A stretch of DNA of 64,000 nucleotides from positions 81,036,001 through 81,100,000 of the forward strand of contig NC_045696.1 in the NCBI RefSeq assembly GCF_009834535.1, given 5' to 3'. How positions within the stretch are numbered: position 1 is the stretch's first letter; every line of letters begins with the position of its first letter. Positions 14,326-28,091 of this stretch are shown here, piece after piece. Source of the stretch: Camelus ferus. Taxonomy: Eukaryota. The notes under the pieces were generated by a model. It did not search any database, was not told the origin of the DNA, and saw nothing but the letters and a program-made list of their open reading frames with translations. The position numbers and the translations under genes are program-made.

Positions 14326-14594
14326 ATGTTACTTTTTCACCTAAACCCCTTCATTAAAAAAAAAAAAAAAAGAAAAGAAAAGAAACAGCCAAACACACAC
14401 ACATACACGCAACAAGGACAAAGCTTTGTTTCCAGCTAATGCAGAAAAGCAAATTAATATTTTAAATGTTAAATTTGGAATGTGAATTAAAGACAGGGGA
14501 AAGTATTTGTCTAGACCATTTCTCACTCAGCATCCCCCGAACCTTGGCATTATATTTTCACCCAAAAAATACTAACATAAAATTAGATAGCGGT

Positions 14595-15210
14595 CTCAAT
14601 GTCATTAGTCCTTACGGAAATGCAAATCAAAATTGTACTGTGAGATCACTTCATATCCACTAGAATGACTATAATGAAAAAATGGACAATAACAAGTGTT
14701 GACAAGAAAGTGGAGAAACTAGAACCCTTGTACATTGCTGGTGAATGCAAAATGATACAGCCACTTTAGAAAACAGGTTGGCAGTTTCTTAAATTAAACT
14801 TTCACTTCCCATATGATTACCCAGCAATCCCACTTCTAGTAAGAGAATTGAAAACATATCTTCATATAAAAGCTTTTTACACAAATGTTCACAGCTGCAG
14901 TCTTCATAATAGGCAAAATAGAAACAATTCAATGTCCATCATCTGATGAAGAGCTAAGCAAATGTAGTCTATCTGTACAATGGAAAGTCATTCAGCCATA
15001 AAAGCAATGAAGTACTGATGCATCCTACATACAACATGGATAGACCTGGAAAATACGATGCTGGGTCAAAGAGACCAGTTATAAATGGTCACATATTATA
15101 TGATTCCATCAACATGAAATATCCAGAATAGGCAAATCTCATGCACAAAGATTGTGTGACTAGAGACAAAAAGTAGGTTAGTGGTTACCTGGGGTGAGGG
15201 GTAGGAATGG
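14595..15210 (+). mobile_element. L1MB/ME ORF2 end and 3' UTR
   Basis: gaaatgcaaatcaaaa...aataacaagtgttg...ggagaaactagaaccct...atccagaataggcaaatc...gtggttacctgggg. Confidence 0.85.
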
Positions 15211-17581
15211 GTTTTAGAATAAGGCATCTCTGGATTCCAACATTACAGGGTTTGAAGTCTTGGGCAATGTATTTAAAAACTCCTGCCCTCAGTTTCCTCA
15301 GCTGAGGAAATAATAATACCAACCCATTGTGGAGATTTGGTTAAGCGACTTAATAAGGTATCTGACATGAAATACATTTTAGTAAGTGGTAATTATTATT
15401 ATTATTATGGATAAAAAACACAGGGTCAAAAGACTACAGATTAAGAGACACAAAGGCTAAACTATAGTAGAAAATGGGCACAGGACCTTTGAGCAGGACT
15501 GTCCATGTTAATAATTTGATCATTTAAGTTCATTTAAGACATCAAGGACTGCTTTAATTGAATTCCAACAATCAGTGTAATAAAATGTGTTTTAAAAAGT
15601 ATGGAGAAAAATTGAAATTAGTGTGGAGAACTGAAGGGAGTATAAAGGTAGTTTCTAAACAGTTTACAGAGGGATTTTGTGGACTTTACAAGAAGAACCT
15701 AAGCCTAAGACTTAAAAATTATATAAACAAGTAACTTTTACTGAGCCTGCGCCTGGATGAGCACTCTGACAGTTATGGTCTCATTTAGTCCACGTGATAA
15801 CACCAGAGCTAAGTGTTATTATTTTACCATTTTTCTAAATAAAAAAAACGAATACTTCTAAGACTTAAGTAACCTTCCAAAGATTGTACATACAGCTAGG
15901 AAGTAACAGTTTCACCAAACAAACCCAGGTCTAAATCCTTGCTTTACAAGGGAAGGAGGATGCCAAGGAGGAGGAAGAAATGAAGACAAAGATGAATTTT
16001 GAGGAGGACTGGAATTCAGTTATGGGGTTTCCCTTTGGCTGGCCTCATCCAGGACAGTGACTTTCCATACCTCCGGGCTTCAGTCCCATTGTATACACTG
16101 TACACAACTCCCCATTTACACAGAACACACTGTGAGCGGTGGCAAACTAACTGCCTGTTTCCATAGATTACAAGGTGAGTGTGTGTGGTGGACGCTGGAA
16201 GGCAGGATTATATGGAAACTGGAAGCTGGGGAATGTGACAAGGAATAAACTAGAAGGAAATAAATGAAAGGGCAGACAGCAGCACCAGTTGAGGTCAGGA
16301 GCAGGGAAAGATGGGAGGTGGGTTTGCCAGAAAGGGAAGGAAAAGGTAATTTTGGTTCTGGATACTTTAAGGAAGAGTAGCCTTGGAGAGCAGAATATCC
16401 CACAAGTCCATGGGCTCGGTGGAGCTGGGAGGAGCTGTGAGGAGCTGGGAGGTCCAAGAAGTGGGAGACAGAAGGAGAGGAAGGGAGAAGAAGGAAGCCA
16501 CAGAAGAACCTTGCCTACTTTGCAGTTTCACAAAAGACTGTTTCTGAGTTGTTGATTTTGCTGTAGATGATGGGGTGGAAAAGAAAATAGGTTAGCGATT
16601 GGTCTTTTCACTTAAAAAAGCAATACTCAGGAAGTTTCGATGACTCAGTAATGAAAGTGATATCGTTTTTGAAGTGTGAAGTATACAAGGGGAATTTTTT
16701 TTCTGCAGTTGTTTTTTCCACCGTTTGATTTTTCAAAAAAAAGTTGGAAATGGGAACATTTTTCTACCAATGAGAGATATATATCTCAATTATGGATGAT
16801 GTGATTTCCGCCCACAAGTTTAGCCCAGAATAACACGGTAGAGTTCTCCTTTGATTTTGGATGCCTAGGCTGCAAGTGTTGCAGCAGACTTTTGGAGGCC
16901 ATTCACCTGTTACAGCCGTTACAGTGTATTCTGATGTGGTTTCACCAAGTCACCAAGTGAATGTCAGGCAGACAGGGCCAGCCTCGAGATCCCAGATATT
17001 AAGGTTTAGTCTCCAAGTAAAGTTACAATAATACTTTTAAATTGTGGTAAACCCAAAATCCTATCTGAAAATATTCAGAAATTCTAAATAAACTTAAAAA
17101 AAAAGATTTTAAAGGGAAGCAAATTCAAAGACATTTGAGAAGATGTAGTCATGATAGTTTAAAACCTAATTATGCATTTAATACCTAATTAATTAATAAT
17201 TAAACATTCAAAAATGTATAGAGACACCACCACTTACATAAAGCTTTCAAATCTAAACTAGTGCCCCCAACCCATTTGAAAGCCATCATGCTTTCTCAGG
17301 TACATGAAATATGCCACCAAAGTTATGGGTTGATTGCAGTAAAGATATTTAAGGAGAAAAACTCTCTATTTCATTGCCATAGAGTAATTGCATTAATATT
17401 TCCCATTTGAACAATGCCTAGGCATTTACACAGCAGTTAGTTTCACATGCATGTTCTTACTTATCCCTCATAATAAAATAGATATTAACATTATACTTCT
17501 ATTTCAGATATTGAGATTGAACAGTGGAGTGAAATGAAATGGTTTCCAAATAGTTTTGCCACCTAGAAAATTCTAATTAAG

Positions 17582-17585
<4 letters not shown>

Positions 17586-17631
<46 letters not shown>

Positions 17632-17651
17632 CTCTCTCTCTCTATATATAT
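17586..17651. repeat. (TA)n microsatellite with (TC)n/(TA)n tail
   Basis: About 21 TA units followed by ctcctctctctctctatatata. Confidence 0.95.
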
Positions 17652-18977
17652 GTAACTAATGGACTGAAGGTTCCCCTACCCCGACACTGCTGGGGCCAAC
17701 CTCTCCCAAGAGGTTCTCTTAAGCACAATTTGAAGACTACCAGTGTAATTTGAAAAAAAAAAAAAAAAAGATATGAGTTTTAAATTCCGACAAGCCTGAT
17801 GCTGAAACCTGACTAAATAGATACAAGCTGAATATTACTTTGCATGCATTATTTACCTCTCTCATTCCCAGTTTCCAATTTGAAAATGGAAATGATAATA
17901 TTATGGAGTTCTTTGCACTATAAGATCCTAAGCTTAACTTTAACCTATGTTTGTCTCCTAAAGTGATTTGCTAAAAGTATTGAAAGAGTAACTTGGAGAA
18001 TCTAGGTCATCTGCCACCAAATCAATGGCTTTTTCTATTCTATCGTGCGATTACAGATTGTATTGTCAGCTAAGTCTGGAGGCCTTAACACTGGCAATGT
18101 GCTCTCCTAAAGAAACATAGTAATGTGCATGTCCTGTTGATGGTGGCCTCCTTGTGTAATGAGAGCAGCAGAGTGGCATATTGGGAGGCAACATTTAAAG
18201 TGCATGTTCTTATCCTAGGTCTGAGAACCCTTGGATGAGCTCAAGAGCCCCATAACTCCTCCGAAAAATTTTAGATGTGTGCAGAAGTGCAGTTTTCTAA
18301 GGAGATGGTCCATAGCTTCAAATTATCAAAAGCATCCAATATGTAAGAAAAGTTTGGAACCCATGGACTACAGCATCCATACCTTGATCATGCATGGACT
18401 TTGATGTTCCTTTTACAAAGAAAGCCTTTGATGTTATTAGCTCTTCCAATCAGTCTAACAGAGGCCTATGATTCCTAAACCATGGTGAGCTTAAGAATCA
18501 TCTGAATATAATAGCCAAATACAAATACGACTGGGTATTAGATGATACTAGGATGATGATGCTAGGTGCTATTAAAATTTTTTCAGATAATGTGACTATG
18601 GACATATGTAAACATATTATTATCATAAAACATTCAAGGAAAAAGGTTCTACTCAGGTTCATTCAAAGATTCACTCCTATTTCATACAAAAAGAGATTGA
18701 TAAGATATTCAATACAGAACAAATTAGAAAGAAAAACTATTTCAAGTTCACTGGACCTTTAAGACTGGCAGTCTGTTGGGTGGATCAGTACCAGTTTCCA
18801 GAACAAAATTCAATTTCATTCAAGTCCACCAGAAAAGTGGCTAAGAAATTTATCATGAATATAGGTATCTTTGTACAAGGTGGCTATGAGTTATATCTTG
18901 CAAAAATATCTGTCTCTGACCTAGTTTGAGACAAGTCATCTTTTTGATGTGATAGTGGATTGTCTTTCTGCCCCTAC

Positions 18978-19115
18978 CATTTTTGAAAGTATAGTCAGTT
19001 TACAATGTTGTATCAGTTTCTGATGTACAGCATAATGCTTCAGTCATACATGTACATCCATATATTCGTTTTCGTATTCTTTTTCACCATAAGTTACTAC
19101 AAGATATTGAATATA
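18978..19115 (-). mobile_element. Short LINE-1 3'-end fragment (same type as the 25-27 kb copies)
   Basis: tttacaatgttgtatcagtttctgatgtacagcata...ctttttcaccataagttactacaagatattgaatata. Confidence 0.8.
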
Positions 19116-19126
19116 CAATATACACT

Positions 19127-19582
19127 GTTGAACCATCCATGCATTCCAAGCATAAATCCCACTTGATCATAGTGTATGATTCTTTTACTGTGCTGTTGAA
19201 TTTGGTTTGCTAGTATTTTGAAAATATTAGCAAACTGAATTTTGCATGTATATGTATCAGGGATATTGGCCTATAGTTTTCTTTTCTTGCAGTGTCCTTA
19301 TCTGGCTTTGGTATCAGGGTAATGACAGCCTTGTAAAATGAAAGTGCTCTCTCCTCAATTTTTTGGAAGAGATTGAGAAGGATTGGCATTAATTTTTCCT
19401 TAAATGTTTGGTAGAATTCACCAGTGAAACCATTTGGTCCCAAGATTTTCTTTGTTGGGAGATTTTTGATTATGGATCCACTCGCCTTACTCATATTGGT
19501 CTTTTCAGATTTTCTTCTTCATGATTTAATTTTGTATGTTTCTAGAAGTTTATCCATTTCTTCTAGGTTATTCAGTTTGTTA
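19127..19582 (-). mobile_element. Old LINE-1 ORF2 internal fragment (Z domain/RT start)
   Basis: ORF 19210-19494 reads [34 protein letters not shown]...[10 protein letters not shown]...KENYRPISL. Confidence 0.93.
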
Positions 19583-19594
19583 TATTCCTCCCAT

Positions 19595-19985
19595 TTTTAT
19601 AATAAACTTTAAAATTTAGAATAGTTTTAGATTTACCAAAAAGTTATAAACATAGTACATAGTTCCTATATATCTCATACCAAGTTTCCCCTACTGTGAA
19701 CATCTTATATTACTCTGGTACATTTGTCACAACTAAAGAACCAGTATTATCACATTACTACTAACTAAATAGCACACTTTATTAAAAGTTTACTAGTGCA
19801 TTTCTCATTATATCTTGTCAGGGGTGCATTCTATCAATATGATTTATCACTGATCCTGTTAATCTTGATTACTTGGCCAAGGTAGTGTTTGCTGTTTGCT
19901 AAACTTCTCTACTGTAAATTTACTTTTGCCCCCTTTCACACTTTATGTTTTGCAAGCACATCACTAAGCACAGCCCACACTCAAA
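19595..19985 (-). mobile_element. L1M (MC/MD-like) 3' UTR fragment
   Basis: tagttttagatttacc..aagtt...agttcc..ata...gtttcccctact..aacatctt..attact.tggtacatttgtcacaact. Confidence 0.7.
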
Positions 19986-20381
19986 TCCCTTCCCCTTTTT
20001 GAGATATTTATTGAAATATTTAGAGGAAAATGACATGATGTCAAAGATTAAAAAAATATATATTTTAGCAAAGAAAAAGCATGGGAGGAGAGAGAGAAAC
20101 AAATAACTATGGTAATATGCTGTTGATTGTAGAAGCTGGTGATGTATATGCTGGAAGACAAAGAACTCTAAGCAACTCTTCTGGGCCCTTTTCACTGAAA
20201 GACTAACAATAACATCTATAAATGTCTGGAACCTCTGTCCAACCATCTTTAGGATACTATTTTTTTTTCTTCATAAACTGGACTCTGTCCTGAATTCTTT
20301 CTACCCCTCTCAGTTTTTCTGACATCTGTGCATTTAACTAAGTTTCATTATGTTCACTAATGAGATTGGATTTTGTCTCAT

Positions 20382-20720
20382 GTTGATGTGGACTGAATGT
20401 ATGTCCCTCCCCACCCCATAAAAATTCTTATGTTGAAATCCTAATCTCCAAGGTGATTAGGTCTTTGGGAGGTGATTATGTCAAAGGGCAGAGCCCTCAT
20501 GATTGAGATTAGTGCCCTTAGTAAAGAGACCCCCTAGACCTAGACTGCCCTTTCTGCCATTTGAGGACACAAATGAGAAGACGGCTCTCTGTGAGGAAGC
20601 AGGCTCTTGCCAGACCCTGAATCTGCCAGTACCTGGATCTTCGACTTCCCAGCCTCTAAAACTATGAGAAATAAATTTCTGTTGTTATAAGCCACCTAAT
20701 CTATGGTATTTTGTTACAGG
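20382..20720 (+). mobile_element. MLT1A-type MaLR solo LTR
   Basis: ggactgaatgt...aaaattc.tatgttgaaatcctaa...gacttcccagcctc...tgagaaataaatttctgttgtt.taagccacc..tctatggtattttgtta. Confidence 0.9.
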
Positions 20721-23677
20721 AACCCAAATAGACTAACATACTTTCAGAGCTATAATCAACTCTCATTATTACTTTGGTCTAAGTAAAAGCCTTGCCTATC
20801 AAAGATGCTCAATAAATATTTGAGAATGGGGGAAAATCATCTGGGAAGGTGCTTGTTTAAAAGTGAAGATTCCTGAGCCCTGATCCCTCAGTATTCTGGG
20901 AGTCTACATGTAAGTCCTACCCCTTTTTTTGATACACATGCACATGAACCACACTTTTAGAAACACTGCCTAAATTATAAAAGCAGAGACCATTTTGATG
21001 ATTCCTGTATTCAATATATGTTTTTGATGAATGGATATATTAATGAATGAATGAATTTACGTTCTTTGTGAATAGATGAGAAACGTGGATCCACAACTGA
21101 TTTTTATTATCAGCCTTTGACATAATCATAGCCATAGGACTCTTGGCTTGTTCTCAGAATCAACTAGTTATGCAAAATCTAACAAATAAAAAATGCTGAC
21201 ACCCAGAAGTCTCAAAAGACTTGTCCGACGTTTTCTGGCTTCAAAGCGGCCAGTTCTGTCCACCTCTATAGACTACTTCTTTAACTGATTTAATGATTAA
21301 TTTTATAAGCACCACTTTATTGCAAGCATTATGCTAGGTACTAGAGAAAGAGAGCTGAATAAGAAAAATTCCTTATGCTCAGTAGCTCCATGGTGGAAAA
21401 GAAAACCAACAAAACTACTGTATAGTATCTTGAGTGCTATAAGAGAGCTCACACATATTCCAGTGTCGATCTCACAAGTCATCCATGTAATTGCATGAAG
21501 AGAGTGTGTTAAATCTCTGAAGAGGTTTGGCCTCTGCCTTCTTTGGCCAAGTGACCAATACAACTCCCCATTCCTTGTTTTGTCACCTAGGTTCTCTGGC
21601 TTAAAGAACCCACTCAGACAAGCTTCTTGGCTCTATTTTTGGCACTTCTTCCCCCACTAGAGGCAATACCAGGCATGGCAAACCCACTCATTTAGCTTGG
21701 AAATCTCAGGCAGCCCACTCATTAAGGGAAATAGATCAGTTGTGTACTTTACAGTTTCCTTTAGATAAAAAGCACGACACAAGTGGATGGTATCTGGTGT
21801 GCAGCATGGTATGGTAGAAGGAACAGTGAATCGGGAATCTTGGGGAAACAATAACAGTAAATACAGCCTCGCTTTTTTTTTTTCTAAAGCACAGATCCTT
21901 TAGTTCCCAAAGACTTTTCCTGTGCTAACTCTGTGACATTGAGCAAGTCAAATAGTGTCTCTGGACCTTGGTTTCCTTATCTGTAAAATGAGAGGGTTGG
22001 TCTCAGTTATCTCAAAGTTTCCTTCCAGCTCTAAAAGTCTGATAAAGACATTTATGTTATGTACCTTATGACTTCATGTAAAGATCTAGCTGGACTACTA
22101 CACTCTCCCAGCTCCAGGCTAACCAGTGGGGTGTGCCATTCAAATATATGGACAGGAACTAAAAAACTGAAAATTATTTTGTGTATGGTGGGGTAGGGGA
22201 GGCTTAGAATCTAAAATTAAACAGGATATAGTTGTGTAGCAAAGTTCTGCAGAAAAAAAGTGGAAACTAATTGAGATAGCCAGCAGGAAGCAAAGCACCA
22301 CAGGCTTTTGACATGGTCCAGACAGGCCCTGGTTGTCAGAATAGATGTCCTTTTATCATTTCTATTACAGTTTGTTTGGTCATTGACCAGACATGTATGG
22401 AATGCTAACTGTTGCAAGACACTAGGTTAGGTCCTAAAAATATTGAGGAAAAACAAGCTGAAAACTCCATTATTTGGCTCGAATATAATTAAACTTAAAA
22501 CTGCTTTAGGATTTAAGTTCAAGCAACTTTCAAAAAATTATAAACAAAGTTTTACAGTAAATATTGAAGGCTTATAGCTGCATGTTAAAATTTCTATGCA
22601 TGTTTGTTGTTAGAAATTTCTCAAAGAATGAAAACAGAAAATGCTGTTTTGAAAGGGCTTGCCAAATTTTTAGTAAAAATAGTTTTCCATATTTGGGGAA
22701 AGTGTAATACTGGTATTTTTAGATAACATGTTGTGTTTATCTTTTGAATTAAAAGGTGCTAGATAATTAGGAATATTGCTCTGAACCTATTTAATACAAA
22801 TGAGATGTAGTCATTTGGCATTATTGTTCCAGGGTAACTGGGTTAAAAAAAAATTTATCTATCAACCTACCTATCTAAAATAAGAAATGAGAACTATAAA
22901 GCAACTGTGTTGTTCTTCTTTTTCTATTTTGGGATTTGATCTCAGGCAGTTCAACTCCAGAGGCCATGTTCTTCACCTCAGATCGTACTATATGGAATAC
23001 AATATATTGAATTTCAGGCTCCTAAACACTTTGAGGTCCATCATAAAAAGGGAAGGAAGAGAAAAAAACAATGGAAAAGAAGAAAGAATGCCACCATTGG
23101 CAGAAGTGGAGTCTCTCTGAGGCTGAAAACAGTGGTAATATTAGCAAAGGCTACCTGGAAGCTAGAAGGATAGGGTGTGTGACTGGAAAATGGAAAATTG
23201 AAGTTTTGTTCTCTAAGGCAGAGCTGTTTAAGATGATAGTAAATTTCTGATTGTGTCTCTAGGAGCAAGTTTAAGTGCAGGAAGGGACAAAAGTGATTTT
23301 AGTGAAGAGGGGCCAAGAACTGTGAATCTATTTAGATAAATCTGTGACATGAATATTGAAATCTCTTAGTCATGGGGTCTGAGAATGTGGTATCCATGAT
23401 TGCTGCCTTTTGGAAATGATCAAAACTTATGCCTTGTAGCCTGGTCAAATTTGATCAATTTTCTATGGCAGATTTGTGTACTCTTAGTTTATTGGGGTTG
23501 TTTTGCTTTGCTTTTATACACTCTGATTCTAATAAAAGAATTTAAATATTTATACTTATTCTAACACGTTTGTGCTTATGCCTGATATATTATTTGATTG
23601 CAAGCAACAGCAGAAACCAACTCTGGTTAACATGAACAAAAGGCAAAGATACTGAGGTCAGAGCATGGCTGGAAGGA

Positions 23678-24210
23678 TGTGCTAGAGTTTAGTTCCCCAA
23701 AATACTGCAACAATTTCTTTTGCACCATATGCTCTTCTATAACGTGACTGAGCTACTCCTCCTGTTGAAAGGTGTGATGTAAATGTCTTCCTCTTGAATC
23801 TGGGTAGATTTGTGACAATGGTGTTGCTGAAGTCAAATGACTTCTGAGACGAGGCCATAAAAAGTGATACAGCTTCTGTCTGGTTCTCATGGGACACTTG
23901 TTCTTGGAACTCAGCTACCATGCCATAAAAAAGCCTCAACAGCCCATGGAGAGACCAACCTGGAGAGAAACCAGAGCTTCCAGCCATCAGCCATGGCTGA
24001 GCACTCACCACAGAGCCCAGGGCCAAATTTGCTAGATGAGTGAGTGAGGCGTTTTGGAAATGGGCTCTCCAGTTCTAGCTGATGCTCTGTGGAGCAAAAC
24101 TTTCCCACAAAACTCTGCCCAGATTACAGATTTGTGAGCTAAAGAAATGCTTGTTGTTTTATTCACTGAGTTTTGAAGTGGTTTGTCACATAGCAGTAAA
24201 AAACAGCACA
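23678..24210 (+). mobile_element. MLT1 (F/G/H-type) MaLR LTR
   Basis: gacttctgagacgaggccataaaaag...cagctaccatgccat...ctctgcccagattacagatttgtgagc...ttttgaagtggtttgtcacatagcagta. Confidence 0.78.
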
Positions 24211-24514
24211 GAGACTATGCATGGAATAGATAGAAAAAAGGCAACTTCTGAGAAATAGGAAGGATGAAAAGACTCTAGTAAATCCCTATAGGTAAGGTAC
24301 CACAATTGGAACAAATGATCACTAACCACTTTCAGTCTGTTGCCATTCTTCTTAAGTTTCAGGATTCTGTGAAAGGGACTTCTATTCTGATTTCAGACAC
24401 CTACTCACCCTTTGGATAACAGTGGGCAGAAAACCCAAGGAACAGCTCTCCAGAGATCTGTAACCAAGGGGAAAAAGACCATTATTCAAAAGGAAATATG
24501 GATACAGGAAGTCT

Positions 24515-25024
24515 TATTAGCTTTTTTTTTTTTTTTTTAAATCAGTGCTGTGACAAATTACCTCAAATGTAGTGGCTTTAAACAATACAAATTTATTATC
24601 TTACAGTCTGGAGGTCTGAAGTCAAAAGGGGTCTTACTGAGCTAAAATTAAGGTGTCTGCAGGGCTGATTTGCTTTCTGAAAGCTCTAGGCGAGAATCCA
24701 TTTCCTTGCCTTTCTAGCTTCTAGAGGTAGCCCGTATTCTATGGCTTATGGCCCACTTCCTTCACTGTCAAAGACAGCAGTGTTGCATTTCTCTGTGCCT
24801 TTCTTCCATTTCATCTCTTTCTCTAATTTTCTATTCTGCCTCCCTCTTTCATTTTAAAGATCTTTGTGATTACATTGGGCCCACTCTGCTTAATCCAAGA
24901 AAATCTCCACTTCCCATATTCCTTAATTTAATCACACATGCAAAGACCCTCTTGCCAGGTAAGGTTCTGCAGACTGGAACATGAACATCTTTGGTAGGCG
25001 GAGGGCATTAGTCTACCTACCACA
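24515..25024 (-). mobile_element. MLT1 (C/D/E-type) MaLR LTR
   Basis: gtggctttaaacaatacaaatttattatcttacagt.tggaggtc.gaagtc...gagaatccatttccttgcctttctagcttctagagg...gattacattgggccca. Confidence 0.85.
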
Positions 25025-25227
25025 GTATGCAAAAACAGAAGGGATGCTGAGTGGGCCCCACCACTCTAGAAACATGTCCTTTACGCTACGTGTTCTGGTT
25101 TATTTATTTTTTCTTCATTTTATTGACTTCATCATGTTATCCTTGTTCCATTTTTTCTACTCAAGTAGTTTGTAATATCTAATTTATATTTGCCTATATG
25201 GTGACTCTTATATTATCATGCATAATT

Positions 25228-26037
25228 TTTGTTCAATTGAAGTTACAATGTGTCAATTTCTGGTGTATATCATAATGTCCCAGTCATACAAATACAAGCA
25301 TATATTCATTTTCATGTTCTTTTTCACTAAATGTTGTTATGAGATATTGACTATAGTTCCTTGTGCTATACAGAAGAATTTGTTTTTTTTAATCTATTTT
25401 TATATATAACTACAAATCTCAAGCTCCCAAATCTATCCCTTCCCACCCCCTTTTCCCTGGTAACCATAAATTGTTTACTATGTCTGTGACTCTGTTTCTG
25501 TTTTGTAGATGAGCATGTTAGTGTCTTCTTTTTCTTTTTTAGATTCCACATATGAGTGATATCATGTGGTATATTTCTTTCTTTTTCTTTTTCTGGCTTA
25601 CTTCATTTAGTATGAATATCTCCAGGCTGATCCATGTTGCTGCAAATGGCATTATTTCTTTTTTATGGCTGAATAGTATTCCATTGTATAAATATACCAT
25701 AACTTCTTTATCCAGTCATCTGTTGGGGGACTTTTAGGTTGCTTCCATGTCTTGGTTACTGTATATAGTGCTGCTATGAACATTGGGGTGCATGTATCTT
25801 TTTGAATTAGAGTTCCCTCCAGATATATGCCCAGGAGTGGGATTGCTGGATCATATGGTAAGTATATTTTTAGTTTTTTAAGTACTCTCCATACTGTTTT
25901 CCACAATGGCTGCACCAAACTGTATTCCCACCTACAGTGTAGAAGGGTTCCCTTTTCTCCACATCCTCTCCAGCATTTCTCATTTGTGGACTTTTGAATG
26001 ATGACCATTCTGACTGGTGTGAGGTGATACCTTATTG
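25228..26037 (-). mobile_element. 5'-truncated LINE-1 (ORF2 C-terminus and 3' UTR), relatively young
   Basis: ORF 25652-26044 reads RYHLTPVRM...[14 protein letters not shown]...[13 protein letters not shown]...[19 protein letters not shown], the L1 ORF2p C-terminal domain. Perfect 15-bp TSD TTATCATGCATAATT at 25213-25227 and 26038-26052. Confidence 0.96.
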
Positions 26038-26216
26038 TTATCATGCATAATTGACTTACATTTTTCTGTGATTAGAGAAAGTATCTCTATATATCTCCAA
26101 ATCAGACAAAATCTTAACATGCTTTTCTGTCTCCTTTCCCTTTATTCTCATAAGATTGTTAGTTTTAGATTATCACTATTTCTTTTTACTTTGTGAATCA
26201 GTGATAATAAAGACTT

Positions 26217-27790
26217 TAAAAATTTTTTTATTTCTGATGTACAGCATAGTGATTCAATTATACATATATATATATGTTCCTTTTCATATTCTTTTTCATT
26301 ATAGGTCATTACCAGGTGTTGACTATAGTTCACTGTGTTACACAGTGGGACCATCTCTGTTTATCTATTTTATATATAGTAGTTAGCATCTGCAAATCCC
26401 CAACTCCCATTTTATTCCTCCACCCCTCCCTCTTGCCCTTGCTCCCCTGGTAACCACACATTTATCTTCTATATCTATGAGTCTGTTTCTGTTTTGTAAA
26501 TAAGTTCACTTGTATCTGTTTGTTTGTTTGTTTTTCAGATTCCACATATGAGTGGTATTACATGGTATTTTTCTTTCTTTTTCTGGCCTACTTCACTTAG
26601 TATGAATATCTCCAGGCCCATCCATGTTGCTGCAAATGGCATTATTTTATTCTTTTTTATGGTTTAGTAGTATTCCATTATATATATATACCACAACTTA
26701 ATTTTTTTTTTAACCACAACTTCTTTATCCATTCATAGGTCAATGGACATTTAGGTTGCTTCCATGTCTTGACTATTGTAAGTAGTGCTGCTATGAACAT
26801 TGGGGTGCATGTATTTTTCTGAATTAGAGTTTCCTCTGGATATATGCCCAGGAGTGGGATTGCTGGATCATAGGGTAAGTTTACTTTTAGTTTTTTAAGT
26901 ACTCTCCATACTGTTTTCCATAGTGGCTGCACCAAACTATATTCCCACTAACAATTCCCTTTTCTCCACACCCTCTCCAGCATTTATTGTTTGTGGACTT
27001 TAGAATGATGGCCATTCTGACTGGTGTGAAGTGATACCTCATTGTAGCTTTGATTTGCATTTCTGTATTAGTTGAGCATTTTTTTCATGTGTCTATTGGT
27101 AATCTGTATGTCTTCACTGGAGGAATGTTTATTTAGGTCACCCCCCCCCCCTTTTTTTTTTGACTAGGTTGTTTATTTTTTTGTTACTGAGTTGTATGAG
27201 CTGTTGTGTATATTCTGAAAATTAAGCTGTTGTTAACTGCATCATTTGCAAATATTTTCTCCCATTCCATAGGTTGTCATTTCATTTTGTTTATAGTTTC
27301 CTTTGCTGTGCAAAAGCTTCTAAGTTTAATCAGGTCCCATTTGCTTATTTTTGCCTTTATTTCTATTGCCTTGGTAGACTGCCTTAGGAGAACATTGCTA
27401 AGATTTATGTTGGAGAATATTTTGCCTATATTTTCTTCTAGGAGATTTATAGTGTCTGATCTTATGTTTAAATCTTTAAGCTATTTTGAGTTTATCTTTG
27501 TGTATGGTGTGAGGGAGTGTTCTAATTTCATTGATTTACATGTGGCTGTCCAGCTTTCTCAAAATCACTTGTCAAAGAGACTGTCTTTTCTCCATTATAT
27601 ATTCTTGGCTTCTTTGTTGAGGACTAATTGATCGTAGGTGTGTGGGTTTATTTCTGGGCTCTCTATTCTGTTCCATTGATCCATATGTCTGTTTTTATGC
27701 CAATACCATGCTGGTTTGATTACTGTAGTTTTGTAGTATTGTCTGAAGTCTGGGAGGGTTATTCCTCCAGCTTCATTCTTTTTCTTCAGT
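26217..27790 (-). mobile_element. 5'-truncated LINE-1 (~1.6 kb, ORF2 3' part and 3' UTR)
   Basis: ORF 26678-26935 reads [30 protein letters not shown], and ORF2 DNA continues to ~27790. Degenerate TSD ATAATAA(A/T)GACTT at 26204-26216 and 27800-27812. Confidence 0.95.
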
Positions 27791-28091
27791 AAATAAGCAA
27801 TAATAATGACTTAATTAAAAGTTTTAATGTTTATTTTCTGTAATAGAAAGTGTTTGGCTACAAACAACAGAGTACACAACTAAAAGTAGCTTATACAAAG
27901 AGAGAAAAACTTATGTCCCATATAAAGAAGATATAGCTTACTCCTGGATTAATTTAGTGGCTCAATGATGTGATTAAGGATCCAATTGCTTTCCATCTTC
28001 TGCTTTCTTTCTCAAGCTCATCCAAACCTGGTAGGAAGGTGGCTGCTATAGGTCCATCTGTTACAACCACAGACAGCCCTGTCTGAAGTCA

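Noticed and set aside
16793..16935. Possible C/D-box snoRNA (ATGATGT...CTGA)
   Set aside because: The C box is imperfect, there is no terminal stem, and the position is intergenic.
19210..27631. L1 ORF2-like ORFs as host genes or an active element
   Set aside because: Short, truncated and disrupted fragments with no 5' UTR, ORF1 or intact reverse transcriptase.
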